Of a stretch of 62,278 nt of DNA, positions 1 to 10,226 are shown piece by piece. Source of the DNA: Candidatus Xenobia bacterium (GTDB lineage: Bacteria; Vulcanimicrobiota; Xenobia; Xenobiales; QWHO01); the NCBI GenBank assembly GCA_045863235.1, contig BTUM01000047.1, positions 1-62,278 on the forward strand. The letters run 5' to 3'. The notes beneath the pieces were generated by a model. The model was not told where the DNA came from. It did not search any database and saw only the letters and a program-made list of their open reading frames with translations. The position numbers and the translations under genes are program-made. Position 1 is the stretch's first letter; each line of letters starts with the position of its first letter.

Positions 1-171
1 GGCACCACCTTCTCCAACTACCGCGATGCCGAGGGTCGCTCGGGCTCGAACCAGGCCAGCCTGCAGGCCTACGGGCGCTACGGGCAGGAGTGCTATGGCT
101 GCGGGGGCGAGCTGAAGCGCTCCACGGTAGGACAGCGCACCACGACATGGTGCCCGCGCTGCCAGCGCTGA
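1..171 (+). CDS. mutM: 3' end of formamidopyrimidine-DNA glycosylase (Fpg/MutM), partial
   Basis: Frame 1 reads GTTFSNYRDAEGRSGSNQASLQAYGRYGQECYGCG...VGQRTTTWCPRCQR*, the typical Fpg C-terminal zinc finger (CxxC...R.T..CPxCQ). Confidence 0.9.
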   Translation, partial: GTTFSNYRDAEGRSGSNQASLQAYGRYGQECYGCGGELKRSTVGQRTTTWCPRCQR

Positions 172-175
172 GCGG

Positions 176-580
176 TCAGGCCTCGGCGGTTGGGCTGTTG
201 AGCGCGCGCAGAAGCTCGTCCTGCCTCTCCACGTGGTAGGGCAGTTGCACCGGGTCTTGCCCCTTCACGGTGATGTGCAGCAGGGCGCCGGTATGGTAGG
301 CCTGCACCACGTCGTGGCGGGCCACTCGTCGTTCGTGACCGGCCCGGTAAATCGCCACCTGGTCTCCCTCGAGCACGATGCGGTCGTTGCGGTTCCGGTA
401 GTAGCTGAAGAAAGAGAGCATGTAGAGCAGGACCAGGGCGGGACAGACAACGAGCATCAACCAGTGGGTGAACTTCACCAGCAACAGGCCTAAGGTTGCC
501 ACAAAGGAAAACAGTGCCAGCACCATAAGCACGGTGCGGCGGACGTTCTCCCCGCCCTGGTCGAACCGGAACTCCTGCAT
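176..580 (-). CDS. Hypothetical membrane protein (2 TM helices plus small soluble domain)
   Basis: 134-aa ORF with two hydrophobic segments. Confidence 0.65.
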   Translation of the reverse strand: MQEFRFDQGGENVRRTVLMVLALFSFVATLGLLLVKFTHWLMLVVCPALVLLYMLSFFSYYRNRNDRIVLEGDQVAIYRAGHERRVARHDVVQAYHTGALLHITVKGQDPVQLPYHVERQDELLRALNSPTAEA

Positions 581-592
581 TCTGTGGGAATT

Positions 593-781
593 CTACTTCA
601 AGGGACGCTTCCTGCTCAGGCTGGCCATCAAGTGGCGCAGCGCCTCCGGAGACGGGGCGGGCCGGGGCAGCGGGGGCCTCGCGGTGACTGAAACGACGCG
701 ATGGCGAACGCCTTCGGGAGCGGGCTCGGCCAGCAGGTGGTCGCGCGTGAGCAGCGCCTGGTCGTCATGAAGGGTGTACAT
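593..781 (-). CDS. Small hypothetical protein (62 aa)
   Basis: GGAGGT Shine-Dalgarno upstream of the ATG on the minus strand; co-oriented with 176..580. Confidence 0.55.
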   Translation of the reverse strand: MYTLHDDQALLTRDHLLAEPAPEGVRHRVVSVTARPPLPRPAPSPEALRHLMASLSRKRPLK

Positions 782-902
782 TCGATTCTACCTCCGGAGA
801 GAGAAGGATTTTCTTCAACGGGAGGCTGTTTCTGCGGCCTGACGGCGCAATCCCTGTGGACAAGCCTGTGAATCGAGAGGGAGAGGCGGGGGAAAAGGGG
901 GC

Positions 903-932
903 TTGACGACCCGGGGGGTCGTCTAGTATGAT
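903..932 (+). promoter_or_regulatory. Putative sigma70 promoter with an inverted repeat across -35 and the spacer
   Basis: TTGACG (903-908), 18 nt, TATGAT (927-932); GACGACCC-GGG-GGGTCGTC palindrome at 905-923. Confidence 0.55.
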
Positions 933-1100
933 GCCGAAGTGCCTCGTGTCTTGAGGCGCATCAGGACCAAAACAGATGATTTTCTTCGAACAAAACATAG
1001 CGGTCACCGAACGGTCGGGAAAACGTCCGTACGGTAGCCTTGACCCCCGGGAGGGCGCGCTGAGAGCATAGTGCTCATCACAGCATATGCTTGCCAGCAC

Positions 1101-1135
1101 GCCCACCTGCAACCACCAGGTGGGCTTTTTGTTTC
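1101..1135 (+). terminator. Intrinsic terminator-like hairpin in the leader (possible attenuator)
   Basis: GCCCACCTG-caaccac-CAGGTGGGC followed by TTTTTGTTTC. Confidence 0.65.
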
Positions 1136-1143
1136 GGTTTGAC

Positions 1144-1511
<368 letters not shown>

Positions 1512-1761
1512 GAGCTTCGTCAGCGGCGAAGCTCAGGACGGCTCGACCCGACCCCCGACTTGCCCCGGGGCGGGTCGCCGTCGGACTGGCGGTCACCGGG
1601 GAAACCGGGTCTCCCCCCGGTGACCGCGCCGGTCCCCTCAAATGAGGACCCCGCTCGCAGGCTCGCGCGCTTGCGGGCGGGGCATCAACAACGTTTGCAT
1701 CAGGAGTCGGCGCATTCTTGCAGCACGTTCCTCGGAACGGCCAGGCTCCCAGGTTGTGTAG

Positions 1762-3432
<1,671 letters not shown>

Positions 3433-3715
3433 ACCGACCTCGCGGGCGCGCCGTTCCCTCCACGGCGGCGCGCCCGCACCGGGGTCCCGGCCCGGCGGCT
3501 CACCCCCGTCGGGCGGCGCACCGGGGGGCCAGACACGTCATGTGGTCGGGACTGGCAAACTCTGGCCAGTCCCTGGTCCTCCGTCCCCGGCGACAAAGCT
3601 ACTTCCAGGTCTCTGGTCTGGCTGCTTCTTGCAGCCAGACCCTTTCTGGTAGCTACGAACTGCAGGAGCGCCCCCGGAACCGTCCGAATGGTTCCTTTTC
3701 AATCCGGGAGGAAAC

Positions 3716-5047
3716 GTGCAGCGCCGTAGAGACTTCTTGAAACTTCTGGCTGGTTCGATGGGGGGACTCCTTCTCAGCTCGTGCGGTGACTCGGGCGGCA
3801 CCGACAACCTGGGGGGGATCGGGAGCGGTCCCAACGGATACCGCTTCTTCTCGCTGTTCGACAGCGGCAGCGTGCTGCCCGATGGGCGCACCCTCGAATC
3901 GCTGCCCGGCCAGGTGCTGCTCAACGGCGCCGGTCAGGTGCTCTTCTTCGGGCAGACCGCCCAGGGGATGGGCCTGTACGAGCTCATCCCCGATTACCCC
4001 GCCATCCTGCGCGAGAACCGGGGCATCCTGCTTGGCGCGCGCAAGCTCCTGGCCCGCGGCGACACGCTGAGCGATGGCTCCAGGCTCCTGGGCCTGGGCG
4101 CGGTGGCCAGCAACTCCAGGGGCAACAAGGCCATCGTGGTGCGCACCGATCAGAAAAAGCGCAATCTCCTCTTTGAGCCCTCGGGGGGCGAAGCGGGCGT
4201 GGTGGCCACCTTCCGCACCCCGATCCCCGAGTCGGGGATTCGCTTCGGGGGCACCTTCGGCGACATCGATCTCAACGACCAGGATGGTCTGCTGGTGGTC
4301 GACCACTACACCCGCCAGGGGGAAGTCCGCCCTCACCAGGGGCTGTTTTTTCTCCAGCAGGCCCGGGTCGACGCCAACACGCGACTCTTGCAGTCCTCAC
4401 GCGACCTCTTGCCGGATGCCGAAGGCACCGTGAGCAATATCGGCCTGGTCGACCTCAACTCGAACGGGAGCTACGTGGCCCAGGTGGGCGGTCCGGCTCC
4501 CCTGCCTCTGAGCCGCGGCAGCCTGCCGCCTCAGGGCTTGCTCCTGGGCTCCGTGGAGGACGGGCTGGCCAGTCGTCTGCTGGTTGCTCCCCCCAGTTTT
4601 CGGGTTTCGGCCCGGACCACATCGGACAAGTTCGCGCCGGGCTCGCTCATCTTCGGGCCCCGACTGGCAGATCAGAGCGACACCGTGGCCCATATCGTGC
4701 ACCATACCCAGACCCAGCAGGCGCTGTTCCTCAATTCCCAGCAGGTGGCCCAGGTGGGCGACCGCAGTCCGGGAGGCAGCACCATTCGAGGCTTCTCGGC
4801 TCCGGTGCTGAGCCCCGATGGTGTGCTCTACGGGATCGTCATCACCGACCAGGGCCACGAGCTGATCCGACTGTCGGCCGGCGGCCCGGTCCTGCTGCTG
4901 GCTCGAGGAGACACAGTGCAGGGGAAGGTGGTCAACTCGGTGGTCCACGGTTTCCATTCCGATCAGGCCGACCAGCTCGGTCGGCTGGTCTTCGTGGGCG
5001 AATTCATGGACGGCTCCAGCGCGGTCATGCTGGGCCTTCCCATCTAG
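3716..5047 (+). CDS. Tat-exported lipoprotein, beta-rich repeat (propeller-like)
   Basis: N-terminus RRRDFLK followed by lipobox LSSC; repeated LARGD/VAQVG..P.G motifs; GGAGG RBS. Confidence 0.75.
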   Translation: MQRRRDFLKLLAGSMGGLLLSSCGDSGGTDNLGGIGSGPNGYRFFSLFDSGSVLPDGRTLESLPGQVLLNGAGQVLFFGQTAQGMGLYELIPDYPAILRENRGILLGARKLLARGDTLSDGSRLLGLGAVASNSRGNKAIVVRTDQKKRNLLFEPSGGEAGVVATFRTPIPESGIRFGGTFGDIDLNDQDGLLVVDHYTRQGEVRPHQGLFFLQQARVDANTRLLQSSRDLLPDAEGTVSNIGLVDLNSNGSYVAQVGGPAPLPLSRGSLPPQGLLLGSVEDGLASRLLVAPPSFRVSARTTSDKFAPGSLIFGPRLADQSDTVAHIVHHTQTQQALFLNSQQVAQVGDRSPGGSTIRGFSAPVLSPDGVLYGIVITDQGHELIRLSAGGPVLLLARGDTVQGKVVNSVVHGFHSDQADQLGRLVFVGEFMDGSSAVMLGLPI

Positions 5048-5056
5048 GAGGCAAGC

Positions 5057-6148
5057 GTGGCCGTCACAAACTTTCCCACAACCCTGTTGGCTACCTCTCA
5101 GCCCCTGAACCTGTGTAGCCCCGACTCCATCCCCTACTTTCCGGCCGGGGCCATCGACATTGGAGTGAGCAGCTCGGGCAGCATCTTCTCGGTCGACCCC
5201 ACCATCCTGGTGTGGAACTTTGACGTCAGTGCGGGCTGGTTCTTCTTTGCCGGGATGTGCGGGCCGTCCATTGCGCTGCAGTTCAATCTGGCCGGGTCCT
5301 ACGACGGGAGCAGTCTGACTGCCACCCTCAACGGGGACCAGATTCAGGGGGGCTTCCTGTTTGGCCTCACGGCCGGAGTCGACCTGAATTTCGCCATCAG
5401 CGAGGCCAGCCTGGTCTGGGTCAAGGACGGCTGGCACAGCCACCTGGAGACGGTCTGGAACAGCAAGTTCAGCACCACGCTCAACATCCAGTTCGACATG
5501 ATCGGGATCATCTTGACCATCGTGCTCAAGATTCTGGAGGAGGACGGCCAGACCAACACGCTCCTTCAGAAAGTGAACGACATCAACCCCAACCTGCTGG
5601 CCTCCTACGGATTGTTCGACGAGGTCACCAATGGCTTCGTGGAGACAGGCGACTTCTCGGTAAGACCAGGATTCAGCCTGCCCATCAACTTCGTGGAGTT
5701 CATCCCCGGGCTGTCAGAGATCAACGAGGCGCTAGAAGCTCTGGCCGGCGGTCTCTTCATCGGGCCGACCATCGGGATCACCATCCCGGCCCAGGTCAAC
5801 CTGACCGACATCCAGGTGGGCGGCCAGAACTACTCCAACCTCCAGATCAGCGGCTCCACGGTGAGCGGCACGTCGACCGGCCCGGCCGGAGGAGGCTCTA
5901 CCCTGGAGGTGGGCCTGACACGCACGCCCGGCCTGGATTTCACCCTGGGCATCGGCGCCAACATCTCGATCTGCAAGATCTTCAGCCTGGGCGGCTCTTA
6001 CTCGGTGGACATCCTCGAGCTGCTGGGCATCCAGATCGACCTGGGCACCTTCCCCACCAGCCTGAGCAATACGGTGGGCTCCACCACTCTGGCCGAGGGT
6101 AAGGCTTTTCAGCTTGCCGAGGTCATCCTGGAGGTCCCTGCAGCTTAG
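5057..6148 (+). CDS. Hypothetical beta-rich protein (363 aa)
   Basis: AGGAGG RBS, GTG start, strong coding bias; rich in G/S/T/I. Confidence 0.75.
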   Translation: MAVTNFPTTLLATSQPLNLCSPDSIPYFPAGAIDIGVSSSGSIFSVDPTILVWNFDVSAGWFFFAGMCGPSIALQFNLAGSYDGSSLTATLNGDQIQGGFLFGLTAGVDLNFAISEASLVWVKDGWHSHLETVWNSKFSTTLNIQFDMIGIILTIVLKILEEDGQTNTLLQKVNDINPNLLASYGLFDEVTNGFVETGDFSVRPGFSLPINFVEFIPGLSEINEALEALAGGLFIGPTIGITIPAQVNLTDIQVGGQNYSNLQISGSTVSGTSTGPAGGGSTLEVGLTRTPGLDFTLGIGANISICKIFSLGGSYSVDILELLGIQIDLGTFPTSLSNTVGSTTLAEGKAFQLAEVILEVPAA

Positions 6149-6207
6149 CCCCTTTTGCCTGGCAAGCGTTGACCGGGTGGAAGGGGAATATCCCTCCAAC
6201 TGGATTC

Positions 6208-8334
6208 ATGCGAAACGCCTGCATCGACGTGGCCTGGTCCAAGGGCCGAGAGCGGATTCCGTTCGAGGTCGCCGACATCGGCGATCTGTCCAGCGATTTC
6301 GAGGTCAAGCGGGCGGTGCGCACCCACCTCGGCGAGCGCTGCCCTGACCTGACCGATTATGCCGTGCTGCGAGTCAGCCCCAGCCGCTACTACCTGCGGG
6401 TTCCGCTGACGCTGCGGTTGCGCAGGGCGATTCAACGGCTGGATGCCTGGTGCGCTGGCAGGGTCGGTCCCGAAAGCGCTCTGGAAGCCTGGCTGCGCCA
6501 GCGCTTGCGACCTCTCGGCCTGTTCCTCCAGCAGCGGGTGCTCGTCCCCCTGGGCCACCTGGCCGGACTCTTGCTGTCGCTGCTCTGGAGACTGGTGCTC
6601 AAGCCCCTGGGACGCCTGGTCGGGCTCTTGCTATCGCTGCTCTGGAGAATGGTGCTCAAGCCCCTGGGCCGCCTGGTCGGGGCCTTGCTGACGGCGCTCA
6701 AGCCCCTGGGAGGTCTGGTAGGCTTGCTTGGGCGAGCAGGTGCCGGCCTGGACCGGCTGTGGGCCGTCACGGTACGCCTGGTCCGCGCAGCCATGGGGGC
6801 CCTGGGCAAACCGCTTTCCACCCCCCGGATGCGCCGCCTGCGCCGCCGCCTGGGGGCTCGGCTCGAGCTGCTCGGCGCCTGGGTCTTCGGCGTGGTGGAG
6901 CGAGTCCTGACCGGCCAGACGGCCGAGGAGCGCGAGCGAGACCACCGCCTGCGCCTGCTCGAGTCGCTGCTGACGACGCCCCACCGGCGCCTGGACCGGC
7001 TGGCAGGACTGCACGAGCAGATGTCCGCCCAGGACATCCTCTTCTACGTGCACCTGGCAGCCTGGTATCAGAGGCACGGCCAGGTGCGCGATCACCAGGA
7101 GCTGTTCGCCGTGCAGCTCTTGCTCCACCCCACCTACCGGGACGTGGGGCTGGCCCTGCTGCGCGAGCTGCCGCCCTATCAGCTGGCCCGCATCCTGACC
7201 GAGATCAAGCGCCGGGGCAGGAACGTGCCTCGTTCGCTGCGCACCGAGGTGGAGCGCTACCTGCGCCGGCGCGAAGCCGACCCGGCCGCCTTCGACGGGG
7301 CCGTGCTGACAGCCCGCAAGGCCCTCAAGCAACTCTACACCAGCCTGCACATTCGGCCCGGCCCCAGGGCCCAGGCCATCTTGTTCGAGGACCGCCCGCC
7401 CGCGGACAGCCGCCTGTTTGCCCTGCGCGAGCTGGCCCGCGAGCGCGATCCCGAGCGCCAGGCGGCGCTGGTACGTCAGCACCGGCTGCCCTACAAGGTG
7501 GCCGCCGGGCTCCTGGTGCGTCACGAAGCCACCGCGCTGGCGCTGGTGGAGCAGATGAGCCCGGCTGAGCTGCTCAACCACATGGGCACCCTGAAGAAGA
7601 ACGGCTGGCTGGCCCACGAGAGCGTCGCCGAGCGGGTGCGCTCGGCCCTGGAGCAGGCCGGCTCCAACCGGCGCGTGAGCGCCCTGAAGGTGGAGAAGGC
7701 CGCCCGCGCCGCCGGGGAGGACTGGCAGGGACTGCTCGACCGCATCCTGCAGCAGCGGTTGCAGCGCAATACGGGCTGGATCACGCGCTCCACCGCCCTG
7801 CTGGTGGACGCTTCTGCCTCCATGGAGCCGGCCCTGGAGCTGGGCAAGCGCCTGGCCTCGATGGTGGCGGCCGTGGCCCGAGGGCCTCTGGCCGTCTACA
7901 CCTTTGCCCGCGAGAGCTCGCCCGTCGAGCCCGAAAGGCGCGACTACGCCGGCTGGGCGGCCGCCTTCGAGAGCCTCGAGGCTCGGGGCCAGAGCTCGAT
8001 GGGAGCAGCCCTGCTGACCCTCTACAAGAGCCCCCGGGTCTTCGACCAGGTGATCCTGGTCAGCGATCAGCGAGAGAACCAGTCGCCCCGCTTTCTGCCG
8101 TCGCTGCGCCTGCTGCGCCGACGCAACCGCTGGCTGAGCTTCTGCTTCGTCAACCTCGACCAGAGCGTGCACCTGCTCGAGGCCGACTGCCGGCGGCTGA
8201 AAATGGACGTCCAGAGCTTCAACTTCCAGGGCGACTACTATGCCCTGCCGAACCTGCTGCCGTTTCTGGCCCAGCCCTCGCGGGTGGCCACATTGATGGA
8301 GATTCTGGATACGCCCCTACCGGGACGTGGCTGA
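6208..8334 (+). CDS. Second Ro60/TROVE-like vWA paralog with N-terminal Ubl-like domain and amphipathic repeat linker
   Basis: From [18 protein letters not shown] onward it aligns with 1996..3432 to the end (FQGDYYALPNLLP vs [13 protein letters not shown]); MIDAS LLVDASASM; start uncertain (TTG 6169 or ATG 6208). Confidence 0.75.
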   Translation: MRNACIDVAWSKGRERIPFEVADIGDLSSDFEVKRAVRTHLGERCPDLTDYAVLRVSPSRYYLRVPLTLRLRRAIQRLDAWCAGRVGPESALEAWLRQRLRPLGLFLQQRVLVPLGHLAGLLLSLLWRLVLKPLGRLVGLLLSLLWRMVLKPLGRLVGALLTALKPLGGLVGLLGRAGAGLDRLWAVTVRLVRAAMGALGKPLSTPRMRRLRRRLGARLELLGAWVFGVVERVLTGQTAEERERDHRLRLLESLLTTPHRRLDRLAGLHEQMSAQDILFYVHLAAWYQRHGQVRDHQELFAVQLLLHPTYRDVGLALLRELPPYQLARILTEIKRRGRNVPRSLRTEVERYLRRREADPAAFDGAVLTARKALKQLYTSLHIRPGPRAQAILFEDRPPADSRLFALRELARERDPERQAALVRQHRLPYKVAAGLLVRHEATALALVEQMSPAELLNHMGTLKKNGWLAHESVAERVRSALEQAGSNRRVSALKVEKAARAAGEDWQGLLDRILQQRLQRNTGWITRSTALLVDASASMEPALELGKRLASMVAAVARGPLAVYTFARESSPVEPERRDYAGWAAAFESLEARGQSSMGAALLTLYKSPRVFDQVILVSDQRENQSPRFLPSLRLLRRRNRWLSFCFVNLDQSVHLLEADCRRLKMDVQSFNFQGDYYALPNLLPFLAQPSRVATLMEILDTPLPGRG
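6568..6681 (+). repeat. 57-bp tandem direct repeat (2 copies plus degenerate flanks) encoding LLLSLLWRxVLKPLGRLVG
   Basis: 6568-6624 and 6625-6681 are near-identical. Confidence 0.85.
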
Positions 8335-8355
8335 GGGGACGGAGAAGCTGGGAGG

Positions 8356-9183
8356 ATGACCGACGTCCGCAAGCTGATCGCCCGTCTGAGCGCAGCCGAG
8401 CAGAATCTGACCCGCTTTCTGGCCCCTTGCCTGCCGGGAGGACGGGTGCGAACGCGCGTGCAGGGACTGGTGTGCGAGTTCGAGCCTCCGGCTGGCTTCG
8501 AGGGCTGGGGAGTGTTCGCCCCGGAGGGACGGGCCGCCCGCCTGCTCGAGCCGGCCGACCCCATCGCCGTCAGCGAGTATCTGGCCCTCTTTCCGGCCAT
8601 GCGCGTGCGCCTGATCCACCCGGTTGCGGGACGCTCCTGGCTGGCCTACCCGGTCAACGAGAGCGATGCGCGCCAGCGCCTCGGCCAGGCGCGCCCCCTG
8701 GTGGTTCACCTGGTGGACGAGGGGGCCCGCCTGGAGGTGGCCGTAGCTCGCCTGGAGGGCGGCGCGCTCTGGTTCGATCAGCTCGACCGCAAGGCTGACC
8801 CGCTGGAGGCGGCCGTCCTGAACGAATCGTTGGAGTCCGAAGTGTTGCCCGAGCATCTGAGCGGCAAAGGCCTCACGCCCGAGATGCGGATCGCTTACGA
8901 GCTGGCCGCCTCCCAGGAGAGCTTCTTTCAGGAGACCCTGCGCCTCAGAAACGAGCACGAGCGGCTGCGCCAGGCCTTACGGGTGGGAGGCGGCAACCTG
9001 CGCAGCTACATCGACCGGGGCGATCACTGGGTGGTGGAATGGACCGATGGCCAGGGCCAGCGCCACAGCTCGGCCATCGGCAAGGCCGATCTGACCGTGC
9101 TCAGCGCCGGCATCTGCCTGGCGGGAGAGGACCAGCGCTTCGACCTGCAGTCGCTGGTGGGCGTGGTGGAGGGCAACTGGTGA
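8356..9183 (+). CDS. Hypothetical protein, candidate E2-like component (C-terminal SAGICL motif)
   Basis: GGGAGG RBS; stop overlaps the ThiF start (GTGA). The E2 role is inferred from motif and context only. Confidence 0.65.
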   Translation: MTDVRKLIARLSAAEQNLTRFLAPCLPGGRVRTRVQGLVCEFEPPAGFEGWGVFAPEGRAARLLEPADPIAVSEYLALFPAMRVRLIHPVAGRSWLAYPVNESDARQRLGQARPLVVHLVDEGARLEVAVARLEGGALWFDQLDRKADPLEAAVLNESLESEVLPEHLSGKGLTPEMRIAYELAASQESFFQETLRLRNEHERLRQALRVGGGNLRSYIDRGDHWVVEWTDGQGQRHSSAIGKADLTVLSAGICLAGEDQRFDLQSLVGVVEGNW

Positions 9184-9821
9184 GCGAGTTCTTCCTGCAC
9201 GAAAGACTGGCCCGCTCAGAAAAAACCCTGCAGCGACTTTCTCGCTGCCGCATCACCGTGTGCGGGGCCGGGGCCCTGGGGGCCAACCTGTGCGAGACCC
9301 TGGCCCGAACCGGGGCTGGCACCCTGCGAGTGATCGACAAAGACCGCATCGAGCCCCACAACCTGTCCACTCAGCCCTACTTCAAGAGCGACGTGGGCTC
9401 GTTCAAGGCCCGTATCCTGGCCCACAACCTCTATCGGGCGCTGGGCACCAAGATAGAGGCCGTACCCGAGGAGCTGACCGCGGCCAGCCTCGACAAGCTG
9501 CTCAAGGACAGCGAGCTGGTGGTGGACACCTTCGACAACTCGGTCTCCCGCCAGCTGGTCAGCGACTGGTGCCGCCAGCGTGAGGTACCCTGTCTTCACG
9601 CCGGGCTGGCGGCGGGCTTCGCCGAAGTGCTTTGGAACGAGGTCTACCGGGTTCCTTCCCCGGCCGCGGGACAGGACGACTGCAACTACCCTCTGGCTCG
9701 CAACCTGGTCATGCTGACGGTGGCGGTGACCGCGGAGGTCATCCTCACCTGGCTGGGGCGGGACCAGCAGGCAAACTACACCATCACGCTGGACGACCTG
9801 GCCGTCCGGCCGTTTCGCTGA
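9180..9821 (+). CDS. ThiF/MoeB/E1-family adenylyltransferase
   Basis: ITVCGAGALGAN, IDKDRIEPHNLSTQ, VVDTFDN motifs; candidate catalytic Cys in DDCNYP; no CxxC zinc pairs. Confidence 0.9.
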   Translation: MSEFFLHERLARSEKTLQRLSRCRITVCGAGALGANLCETLARTGAGTLRVIDKDRIEPHNLSTQPYFKSDVGSFKARILAHNLYRALGTKIEAVPEELTAASLDKLLKDSELVVDTFDNSVSRQLVSDWCRQREVPCLHAGLAAGFAEVLWNEVYRVPSPAAGQDDCNYPLARNLVMLTVAVTAEVILTWLGRDQQANYTITLDDLAVRPFR

Positions 9822-9832
9822 GGAGGCTCCCA

Positions 9833-10222
9833 ATGCGAGTAACCGTGGTTCTGGGACTGATCCTGCTCTTGCTGGGCCCGGCCGGGGCACAGCGAGCAGG
9901 CGACAAGAAAGCCACGCTCAAGGTGGTCAAGAACAGCGCGACGGGAACCTCCAACCCGTCCGAGACGATGATCGAGCTGAGCGTGCAGGTGACCAATTCC
10001 GGCGAAGCTCAGCTGGCCTTCTCCAACAACAACTTCGTGCTGGTGGACAGCCTGGGCAAGCGCCACCTGGTCAACCGGGGACGCTACCCGGAGCGTTTTG
10101 ACCTCGCACCGGGCGAATCGGCCACGGCCACCCGGATCTTCTTCACCTTGCCCAGGGAGGTCAAGCCCGCGGCAGTGCAGTTGGTTTTGTTGCGCGGCTC
10201 GATCGGGGAAGCGAAGCTCTAG
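9833..10222 (+). CDS. Secreted DUF4352-like Ig-fold protein
   Basis: Signal peptide; V.VTNSG...F.LVDS.G...LAPGES...F.LP pattern; AGGAGG RBS. Confidence 0.7.
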   Translation: MRVTVVLGLILLLLGPAGAQRAGDKKATLKVVKNSATGTSNPSETMIELSVQVTNSGEAQLAFSNNNFVLVDSLGKRHLVNRGRYPERFDLAPGESATATRIFFTLPREVKPAAVQLVLLRGSIGEAKL

Positions 10223-10226
10223 GGCC

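Noticed and set aside
9180..9821. Housekeeping thiF/moeB for cofactor synthesis
   Set aside because: It lacks CxxC zinc motifs, and no thiS/thiG/moaD/moaE genes are nearby, so no gene symbol was assigned.
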